A stretch of DNA of 64,000 nt, from positions 52,419 to 116,418 of the forward strand of contig CAWGVB010000025.1 of NCBI GenBank assembly GCA_963825815.1, given 5' to 3'. The notes under the pieces were generated by a model, which saw nothing but the letters and a program-made list of their open reading frames with translations, was not told the origin of the DNA and searched no databases. Made by a program: the position numbers and the translations under genes. Of the stretch, positions 56,170-64,000 are shown piece by piece; position 1 is the first letter of the stretch; every line of letters starts with the position of its first letter. The stretch is from an uncultured Gemmatimonadales bacterium. Its GTDB lineage: Bacteria > Gemmatimonadota > Gemmatimonadetes > Gemmatimonadales > GWC2-71-9.

Positions 56170-57688
56170 ATGGCCACGACAGAAATTGAAAAGCTGGAGC
56201 GTCGGTACGCCGAGAACCCTCAAGGGCTGACCTTTGCTCCCTTGGCCGAAGTCCATCGCAAAAACGGAGAAGTCGCCCGAGCCCTGGAACTGTTGAAGGC
56301 AGGGCTCGAGCTTCATCCGAACTACATACCGGCCAGCATCGTGCTCGGCCGTTGCCACTGGGACCTGGGAGACTTACCGGCGGCCGAGGCCGCATTCTCC
56401 CATGTTCTTCGGCTGGACGATGAAAACGTCATCGCCCTCAAGTCTCTGGCCGACATCAATGAGCGGTTGGGTCGCTTCAGCGATGCCCAGCGGTGGCTGA
56501 ACCGGCTGATCGCGGTGGACCGGAGCAACGAGGAGGCCCGGCAACAGCTCGCACGGATCGAGACGGCCAAGCAGCAGCCGGTTGCCGCTGACGCCAAGGT
56601 TGCCGCCGATCCCAAGGTGCCCGCCCCGGCCGAACCGACTGCACCCGAGCCGACCGGAAAGACGCCGGAACCGGTGATAGCCGAGACCGAACGGAAGCCT
56701 TCTCCTGCGACGGCATCTGGCGCAAAGTCTCCTGAAGCAAAACGACCGGAGTTAAAACCTCCTGAAGAGAGACCTCCCGAACCAACGCCGACCGAAACAA
56801 AGTCAGCTCAGGACGGCCCGGTAGATTTGACGGCTGCTATCGCTGAGCCCAAGTCCTCGTCCGAGCTCCAGTTTCTCGATATTGCGGAACCTCCGCAGAA
56901 CGCTGAACTCCCTCAGGCTTCTACTCCTCCCGAGCCGGCTGATTTGCCTGAGGAGCCGCCCGCTCTTCCCGGCCTCATCAGCCAGGAGTTCGTCCCTCCC
57001 AAGGAGGGCTCGTACCACCTGCATCCCGAGCTGGCTCACGATTACGGCTCGGCTGAATCTCCGGAGTCGGCTAAAGGTCCAGAAGTGGAGGATCTCGGGG
57101 TCGAAACCGCCGAGGAGGTGGAACTGCAGAGCTCGGGGGCCTCTGAATTTCGAGTGCCCAATGCCGCCGAGGATTTCATGGACGCAGGGGCGAGTACTTC
57201 GGCTGCTCCGGCCTGGCCCGAGATCGAATTGGCGTCACCGCCGGCATTTGAAGCCCCTCCGGCAGTAGAGGAGTCTGCGGAATCGCAGAAGTCTGCCCCT
57301 GCATCTGAGTCTCCCCCGGTCCAGCCCCCTATAGCCGTACCGGAGTCCGCCGCGGCGCAGGAACCCACAAGGCGGTCGTATTCGGTGCGAGAGACAAAGG
57401 GGCAGTCGGTCGTCGCGTTTTTTCAGAGCCTGCTTTCTGCCCGACCCAGCGGGAAGTCCAGCGTCCGCCAGAGGCTCGGCGGGTGCAGCCCAGGATGGAG
57501 CACCGGCAAACGCAGGAGCGTCCGCGGTCGGTTCGGCTCCCTCTTCCGCAGGCTCGCCGGACACCGTCTCCTTTGACGACTTCTTCAACGCGGCAACCTC
57601 GGGCTCCTCTCCGGGGAACAAGGAAGGCGACCCAAGCAAGGACGATCTGGATCAGTTCCAGACCTGGTTGCAAAACCTCAAGCGCTGA
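56170..57688 (+). CDS. TPR protein with a long Pro/Glu/Ala-rich low-complexity region, frame change(s) near the 3' end
   Basis: N-terminal TPRs (LELLKAGLELHPNY.., FSHVLRLDDENV.., LNRLIAVDRSNEEA). A ~300-aa PEPT-rich spacer follows. The conserved-looking tail VSFDDFF..KDDLDQFQTWLQNLKR* is in a third frame ending just before aroQ. Confidence 0.5.
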
Positions 57689-58126
57689 ATGCGCGTCGCC
57701 GTGCTCAACGGCCCCAACCTCAATCTGTTGGGGCAGAGGGAACCGGAACTGTATGGCCGCACCAGTCTGGCGGATATCGAAGCCATGGTCCGGGAAGCGG
57801 CCAAGCCCCTCGATGTCGAGATCGATTGGTTCCAGACCAATCACGAAGGTGAAATGGTCGAGGCGGTCCAGCGGTTACGAGGTCGAGCCGACGGGGCGCT
57901 GATCAATGCAGCGGCCCTGACGCATTCAAGCCTGGCGCTCCGTGACGCGCTGCTGGCGGTGCGGGTACCCTTCGTCGAGCTTCACCTGTCCAACATTTTC
58001 GCTCGGGAGCCCGAGCGCAGGCACTCCGTCATAGCGGACCTTGCCCTCGGCATGGTGACCGGGTTCGGCGCACAAAGCTATCTGCTGGCCTTGCAGGCGC
58101 TGGTGGGTCGGCTCCGTGCCGGCTGA
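57689..58126 (+). CDS. aroQ: 3-dehydroquinate dehydratase, type II
   Basis: MRVAVLNGPNLNLLGQREPELYG..FQTNHEGEMV..INAAALTHSSLALRDAL..VELHLSNIFAREPERRHS. Confidence 0.9.
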   Translation: MRVAVLNGPNLNLLGQREPELYGRTSLADIEAMVREAAKPLDVEIDWFQTNHEGEMVEAVQRLRGRADGALINAAALTHSSLALRDALLAVRVPFVELHLSNIFAREPERRHSVIADLALGMVTGFGAQSYLLALQALVGRLRAG

Positions 58127-59205
58127 CCGCCGGATCGAGCGGCAAACCGGGCTCAGGCTCGGCGTTGGAGGCGGAGGGGCTGGATGGGCTGGTCATCACT
58201 CACCTGCCCAATATTCGTTACCTCACCGGCTTCACCGGCTCCGCGGCGGTGTTGCTGGTCCGGAACGATGCTACAGTCCTGGTCTCGGATTTCAGGTATG
58301 CGGCACAGGCCCCGGCCGAGGTCGGCGGATCGGCAGTGGTCGAGATCGATCAACGCAGCGTATGGGACCGTCTAGGCAGGGTGCTAAACGACGGCCGGAT
58401 CGAGCGGCTCGGGATCGAGGCCCACATCATAAGCGTCAAGGATGCCGATCGGCTCAGCGGGTTGACCCCGGCCCGGCTGGTGCCAGCCAGTGAACTGGTT
58501 GAGCGTCAGCGGGAAGTCAAATCGCCGGAAGAAATCGCGGCAATCAGGGCAGCGGCCGAGCTGGCCCAAGAGGCTTTAGCTGAAGTGCTGCCTCGCATTC
58601 GGGTGGACCAAACCGAACTGGAGATTGGGGCAGACCTAGAGCGCGCCCTGCGCCGGCGAGGGAGCCAGTGGCACCCGTTCCCGACCATTGTCGCGTCGGG
58701 TGAGCGTTCTGCCTTGCCGCATGCTCGCACCAGCCAGCGGCCGGTCGAAGCCGGAGACCTTCTCCTGGTGGACTTCGGTGCCCAGGTGGATGGGTACTGC
58801 GCCGATCTGACCCGGACCATGGTGGTGGGGGCCAGGGCCGACGAGCGGCAACGGTTGATTCACGGGGTGGTGCAGTCGGCGCAGCGAAGGGCAATCGAGC
58901 ACTTGAGACCCGGGATGACGGGCCGTGAAGGCGACGCCCTGGCCCGCGAGGTGATCACCACCCGGGGATTCGGCGATGCTTTCGGGCATTCTCTGGGGCA
59001 TGGACTGGGGCTCGAAGTGCATGAGGCTCCTCGGCTTTCGCCGAGCTCCGAGGCGGCGTTGCCGCTCTATGCCGTGGTCACCGTAGAGCCGGGTATCTAT
59101 TTTCCGGGGTGGGGTGGGATACGCCTGGAAGACGATGTGTATCTGGGTCCCGCGGGCGCCGAGTGCCTGTCGGACGGCAGGACCGATCTGCTTGAACTGG
59201 TCTAG
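58116..59205 (+). CDS. pepP: Xaa-Pro aminopeptidase (M24B), one frame change near 58155
   Basis: GTG 58116 opens VPADRRIERQTGLR. After a shift it continues as EAEGLDGLVITHLPNIRYLTGF..FPTIVASGERSALPH..DFGAQVDGYCADLTRT..GHSLGHGLGLEVHE..EPGIY. Confidence 0.8.
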
Positions 59206-59223
59206 ACTCTCGAGCTCATAATC

Positions 59224-59784
59224 ATGGCATCTACCGCCGACTTCAGAAACGGGCTCGTTCTCGACATCGACGGCCAGCTGTTTCAGCTGGTCTATTTCCA
59301 GCACGTCAAGCCCGGCAAAGGCGGCGCCTTCGTCCGAACCAAGCTCAAGAACATCCGAACCGGCGCGGTCATCGACCGGACCTACAACGCTGGAGAGCGG
59401 GTCAACGACGTTCGGCTGGAGCGCCGGGCGCTGCAGTTCTCGTATGCCGATGGGCACTTCTATCACTTCATGGATCAGCAAACGTTCGACGACATCATGC
59501 TGACGGACGAGTTGATCGGGCAGGATCAACTGAAGTACCTGAAGGAAGGGATGGAATGTGAAGGTCTGGTCCACAACGATCGGGTGATCACCGTGGAGCT
59601 CCCCTCTTTCGTGGAGCTGACCGTCACCCGAACCGCCCCGGGCATCCGGGGTGATACCGCTACCGGCGGAACCAAACCGGCCACCCTGGAGACGGGTGCC
59701 ACCGTGCAGGTGCCGCTTTTCATCGAGGAGGGCCAGGTGATCCGGGTCGACCGCCGCGAAGACAAGTACTTGACCCGCGTATGA
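59224..59784 (+). CDS. efp: Translation elongation factor P
   Basis: STADFRNGLVLDIDGQLFQLVYFQHVKPGKGGAFVRTKLKNIRTG..TGGTKPATLETGA. Confidence 0.95.
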   Translation: MASTADFRNGLVLDIDGQLFQLVYFQHVKPGKGGAFVRTKLKNIRTGAVIDRTYNAGERVNDVRLERRALQFSYADGHFYHFMDQQTFDDIMLTDELIGQDQLKYLKEGMECEGLVHNDRVITVELPSFVELTVTRTAPGIRGDTATGGTKPATLETGATVQVPLFIEEGQVIRVDRREDKYLTRV

Positions 59785-60318
59785 GCCCACAAGAGATGCA
59801 GGAGCTCGCCGAGCTCCTGCAAAACGTGCCGGGCATTCACTCCATCGATCTCAAGGATGTAAAGCGCCTGGCCCAGCTGCTGCGGGAAACGCCCGAGATC
59901 GGCTCGATCGAGGTGAAGGGGTGGTTCGGCACCGGCGTGGTGATCACCCGGACGACCGCTGCCCCGGTTGCCGCCGCGGCACCGGCGATGGTGGCGGCCG
60001 CTCCGGCCGCCACGTCGGCCGCGGATCAGGAGCATCGAGAAGCCGCCGCCGCGCCCAGCGACTACTGCGCCCCAGCTCAAGGAGATCCGCTCGCCCATGG
60101 TGGGCACGTTTTACAAGGCGCCGGAGCCCGGCGCCGAGGCCTACATCAAGGTGGGCAACCGGGTCACTCCAGGCCAGACCGTGTGCATCATCGAAGCGAT
60201 GAAGATCATGAACGAGATCGAGGCGGAGATCGCCGGCACCGTTCGCGAGATCTTGGTGGAAGACAGTCAGCCGGTGGAATTCGGGCAGGTTCTCTTCCGG
60301 GTCGATCCTAATGGCTGA
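59781..60318 (+). CDS. accB: Acetyl-CoA carboxylase biotin carboxyl carrier protein, one frame change near 60050
   Basis: The N-terminal part is in ORF 59781. The biotinyl domain IRSPMVGTFY..GQTVCIIEAMKIMNEIEAE is in ORF 59968-60318. Confidence 0.85.
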
Positions 60319-61489
60319 GGCGAAGGCGCCGTCGTCCCCCCAGTCCAGCTTCAACTTCAAGCAGGCCATCTCTCAGATGGTCCAGCGGAACGCCTCCGAT
60401 TTGCTGCTCAAGGTCGGTCGGCCCCCCACCGTTCGGCTGAACGGGGAGCTGCACGCTCTGGAGATGCCGCCGGTCAAGCCGGAGGACCTGAAGCTGTTGG
60501 CAGAGCAGATCATGACGCCGCGGCAGGTCAAGGAGTTCGCCGAGAAGAAGGAGGCGGACTTTGCCATTGGCGTTCCCGGGGTGGGACGGTTCCGAACCAA
60601 CATCTACCAGCAGAGGGGCACGCTTGCCTTTGCCTTGCGTGCCATCCCCTATGAGGTGAAGACCGTTCGGGAGCTGAATCTGCCGGCGGTGCTGGAAGAG
60701 ATCTCCTTGCGTCCCCGTGGTCTGGTGCTGGTGACCGGGGTAACCGGGTCCGGGAAATCCACGGCCCTGGCCTCGATGATCAACCACATCAACCAGAACC
60801 GCCGGGTCAACATGATCACCATCGAAGACCCGATCGAGTTCCTCCATCGCGACGTGCAGTCCAATATCTCCCAGCGCGAGGTGGGGAACGACACGATCTC
60901 CTTCGGCATGGCGCTCCGTCACGTGCTGCGGCAGGATCCCGACGTGATTCTGGTCGGTGAGATCCGCGACGTCGAGACGCTGGACACCGCGCTGAAAGCG
61001 GCGGACACGGGCCACCTCGTGTTCTCCACGCTGCACACCACGGACGCCAGCCAGACCATCAACCGCATTCTGTCCTTTTACCCGCCCCACCAGCACCAGG
61101 AAGTCCGGATGCTGCTGTCGACCGCGCTTCAGGCCGTGGTGTCGCTGCGGCTGGTCCCGCGAGCCGATGGGAGGGGCCGGATTCCCGCGGCCGAGGTCTT
61201 GATCAATACGGCGGCGGTGGCCGACAATATTCGCGACATCGAGAAGGCGCTGCTCATTCCCGATCTGATCGCCGACGGCGCGGTCTCCTACGGGATGCAG
61301 ACCTTCGACCAGTCACTCATGCGGTGGTACAAGGACGGGCTGATCTCCTACGAAAGCGCGCTGTTCTACTCCACCAATCCCAATGAATTTGCGCTCCGGG
61401 TGTCCGGAGTGGATTCGGCGTCGGATCGGAAATTCGACGAGGTTACCGGGGACGCGGCCAAGTCGCAGACTTTGGACTTGACGCCATAG
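60311..61489 (+). CDS. pilT: Type IV pilus retraction ATPase PilT/PilU family
   Basis: [23 protein letters not shown]..Walker [19 protein letters not shown]..Walker [19 protein letters not shown]. Confidence 0.85.
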   Translation: MAEAKAPSSPQSSFNFKQAISQMVQRNASDLLLKVGRPPTVRLNGELHALEMPPVKPEDLKLLAEQIMTPRQVKEFAEKKEADFAIGVPGVGRFRTNIYQQRGTLAFALRAIPYEVKTVRELNLPAVLEEISLRPRGLVLVTGVTGSGKSTALASMINHINQNRRVNMITIEDPIEFLHRDVQSNISQREVGNDTISFGMALRHVLRQDPDVILVGEIRDVETLDTALKAADTGHLVFSTLHTTDASQTINRILSFYPPHQHQEVRMLLSTALQAVVSLRLVPRADGRGRIPAAEVLINTAAVADNIRDIEKALLIPDLIADGAVSYGMQTFDQSLMRWYKDGLISYESALFYSTNPNEFALRVSGVDSASDRKFDEVTGDAAKSQTLDLTP

Positions 61490-61517
61490 ATGCCGCGGCA
61501 GGTTTCGAGCCCACCGC

Positions 61518-62876
61518 ATGTTTAAGAAGGTCCTGATCGCCAACCGCGGCGAGATCGCCCTTCGGGTCATCCGCGCCTGCCGCGAGCTGGGGGTCGAGAC
61601 CGTGGCCGTCTACAGCGAGGCCGATCGCGAGTCGCTGCACGTTCGCTTTGCCGACGACGACGTGTGCATCGGTCCGCCGCCCAGTCGCAACTCCTATCTG
61701 CGCATCCCCAATCTCATAGCCGCCGCGGAGATCACCGGGGCCGACGCGATTCATCCGGGGTACGGGTTCCTGGCGGAGAACGCGGAGTTTGCCGACACCT
61801 GTCGCGCGTCCAACATCACGTTCATCGGCCCGACCGGAGATCAGATTCGTCAGATGGGGGACAAGGCCACCGCCCGGCGGCTGGCCTCCGAAGCCGGCGT
61901 TCCTACCGTGCCTGGCTCGCCCGGGACGATCGAGGAGGTGGACGACGCCCTCGCCTTTGCCAACGAGATCGGTTTTCCGGTCATCATCAAGGCCACGGCG
62001 GGCGGCGGCGGAAAAGGCATGCGGATCGCGCATGACCCCGAGCAGTTCTCGCAGCTCTTTGGTTTGGCCCAAAACGAAGCGCTGGCAGCCTTCGGCAACG
62101 GCGCGGTGTATGTCGAGAAATACCTGGAGCATCCCAGGCACGTGGAGATCCAGGTGATGGGTGACCTGCACGGCAAGGTGGTTCACATGGGCGAGCGGGA
62201 CTGCTCGGTGCAGCGCCGCCATCAGAAGCTCATCGAAGAGAGCCCGAGCCCCGCCTTGAACGACGAGCTCCGGGCCCGGATGGGACAATCCGCCGTGGCG
62301 CTGGCGTCCAACATCGGTTACGCCGGCGCGGGCACGCTCGAGTTCCTCCTGGATCCCGAGGGAAAGTTCTACTTCATGGAGATGAACACCCGGATCCAGG
62401 TGGAGCATCCGGTCACCGAGATGGTGACCAGCTTTGACATCGTCAAAGAGCAGATTCGAGTCGCGTCGGGAGAGCCGGTCAGTTTCCAGGGGGACGGCCG
62501 CCGCCTTCGCGGACACGCTATCGAGTGCCGGATCAATGCGGAAGATCCCTACCGTAACTTCCAGCCCTCGCCCGGCCTCATCACAGCTTACCATCCGCCG
62601 GGCGGCCCCGGCGTTCGCCTGGATACCCACGTCTACGCCGGCTACACGGTGCCGCCCTATTACGATTCGCTGCTGGCCAAGGTGATCGTTCACGGCAACA
62701 CCCGGGAGGAGGCGCTGAGCCGGATGGGTCAGGCGCTGGACAGCTTTATCCTGGAAGGCGTCACCACAACGATTCCATTCCTGGCCCGGGTCATCCGCCA
62801 TCCGGACTTCGTCGCAGGGAACGTCGATACCCGTTTTCTCGAGCGGGAGTCTCACCTGCTGCGGCCGGAAGCATGA
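61518..62876 (+). CDS. accC: Acetyl-CoA carboxylase biotin carboxylase subunit
   Basis: [70 protein letters not shown]. Confidence 0.95.
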   Translation: MFKKVLIANRGEIALRVIRACRELGVETVAVYSEADRESLHVRFADDDVCIGPPPSRNSYLRIPNLIAAAEITGADAIHPGYGFLAENAEFADTCRASNITFIGPTGDQIRQMGDKATARRLASEAGVPTVPGSPGTIEEVDDALAFANEIGFPVIIKATAGGGGKGMRIAHDPEQFSQLFGLAQNEALAAFGNGAVYVEKYLEHPRHVEIQVMGDLHGKVVHMGERDCSVQRRHQKLIEESPSPALNDELRARMGQSAVALASNIGYAGAGTLEFLLDPEGKFYFMEMNTRIQVEHPVTEMVTSFDIVKEQIRVASGEPVSFQGDGRRLRGHAIECRINAEDPYRNFQPSPGLITAYHPPGGPGVRLDTHVYAGYTVPPYYDSLLAKVIVHGNTREEALSRMGQALDSFILEGVTTTIPFLARVIRHPDFVAGNVDTRFLERESHLLRPEA

Positions 62877-63618
62877 GAATCGACGTCCTGTTTTCACCCG
62901 CCGGGCTGACTCCAGCCGAGGTGCAGGGGCGATCCGTATTCGTCATCGACATCCTGCGGGCCACCACCTCGATGTGCGCCGCCTTGAGCCGGGGCGCCAA
63001 GGCGATCATCCCGGTCGCCTCCACCGAGGAGGCCCTTCGGCTGGCCCAGACCATCGGCAGCGCGGACGTTCTCCTGGCGGGCGAGAAAGACTGCGTCCGG
63101 ATTCCGGGATTTCACCTGGGCAACAGCCCGCTGGAGATGACCGAGCGGGCGGTGCGGGGGAAGACCATCATCGTCACCACCAGCAACGGAACCAAGGCTC
63201 TGCTCGCTACCCAGGGGGCCAGCGCAGTGTATCCCACCGCTGCGGTCAACCTGTCCGCGGCGGCCGAGAAGGCGCGCGAGGTGCTGGAAAGCGACCGGCA
63301 CATCCTGATCGTGTGCGCCGGCCGGGAGGGCGCTTTTTCGCTTGACGATGCCTACTGTGCCGGCCGTCTGGCGGCGGCGGTTCTGGGGGGCACCAGGCCG
63401 CGCCGGGGCCTGAACGACGCGGCCATAGCGTCGCCTCGATCTGGTCCGACGCTACCGCGATGGATGGGAGCGTCCGCTGAGCATACAGCCGGGCCGGGCG
63501 GGAGCTGGTAAAGCTCGGGTTCCGGGACGACCTGCGCGAGGCGGCCCGGATGGATGCGTATCCGGTGCTGCCGCTCTACCACGAGCGCCGGGTCACGCTG
63601 GCGGCGGTACCGGTATGA
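62873..63618 (+). CDS. comB: 2-phosphosulfolactate phosphatase family protein (ComB-like), frame change(s) near 63440
   Basis: [48 protein letters not shown]. The tail ..[26 protein letters not shown] is in another frame and ends at TGA 63616-63618. Confidence 0.65.
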
Positions 63619-64000
63619 GCACGGATTCCCGCCGTCGGCTGGGCGCCCTCACCGCTCTGGTGCTGGGCCTCTTTGTCGGTCTCACCTTGCTTCCGATTCC
63701 CATCACGGGCCCGGTTGGCCGCTACATCGGTCATGGGCTCTGGCAAATTCTCGGTGCGGGCGCGCTGGGTATTCCGCTGCTCGGGGCCGGGCTGGCGCTG
63801 GCGGGGTTCGACCGATTGGGCAACCTCGACATGAAGCGATCGGCGGTGCTCATCATCGGACTGAGCCTGCTCATTCCCTACCTGGTGGGAGTGATGACCC
63901 ACGTGGGGAGAACCGACCTGGACATCGACGTGGCCCAGCGTGGCTTCGCTGCTCGCATCGTCGGTGTGCTACCCGGATTCTTCGCGGAGGCGATCTCGGG
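63615..64000 (+). CDS. FtsK/SpoIIIE-like N-terminal membrane domain (partial; runs off the window)
   Basis: ATG 63615 (ATGA overlap) opens [57 protein letters not shown]. That gives several TM segments resembling the FtsK 4TM region, but no motor domain is in view. Confidence 0.4.
   Translation, partial: MSTDSRRRLGALTALVLGLFVGLTLLPIPITGPVGRYIGHGLWQILGAGALGIPLLGAGLALAGFDRLGNLDMKRSAVLIIGLSLLIPYLVGVMTHVGRTDLDIDVAQRGFAARIVGVLPGFFAEAIS

Overview
This is a GC-rich bacterial chromosomal segment from a diderm organism: it carries Tol-Pal, BamD, an LptD-like barrel, PpiD and TatA/TatC. The protein sequences loosely suggest a Gemmatimonadota-like lineage, but I could not verify that. I can support about 70 genes. 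All but two (rpmB, ppiD) are on the + strand, and many are joined by 1-, 4- or 8-nt start/stop overlaps. The content is core housekeeping:
- a cysteine-by-thiocarboxylate cluster (CysM, a JAMM peptidase, and a Ubl::E1::rhodanese fusion), tRNA-Leu(CAG) and smpB
- pyrD/pyrF and the rpmJ-rpsM-rpsK-rpoA-rplQ operon
- gmd/rmd, carB, murB, and wbpD/wbpE/wbpA/ugd plus an epimerase
- bamD, nadD, secA, radC, rel, an EVE-domain gene and uvrB
- tsaE/tsaB/rimI, ssb and a LysM protein
- a complete tolQRA-tolB-pal-cpoB cluster, tatC and an LptD-like barrel
- hutH, large TPR proteins, ispB, tatA and ppiD
- aroQ-pepP-efp-accB-pilT-accC, comB and the start of an FtsK-like protein

I found no transposase, integrase, prophage, CRISPR array, toxin-antitoxin pair or recognisable defence system, and I see no convincing case for a wholly new multi-gene system.

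The observations most worth a second look are:
1. Roughly 50 frame disruptions sit in otherwise well-conserved essential genes. They look like assembly indels rather than decay.
2. A ubiquitin-like sulfur carrier is fused to its own E1, next to a JAMM peptidase.
3. A family of GGGGAAG-type G-rich inverted-repeat / G-quadruplex-motif elements sits at gene 3' ends, with one half-copy embedded in frame inside carB.
4. TatC reads without a stop codon into the signal peptide of an LptD-like protein.
5. An EVE-domain ORF reads without a stop codon into uvrB.
6. pilT is wedged between accB and accC.

All product calls come from reading the translations (motifs and remembered family sequences). No database search was run.
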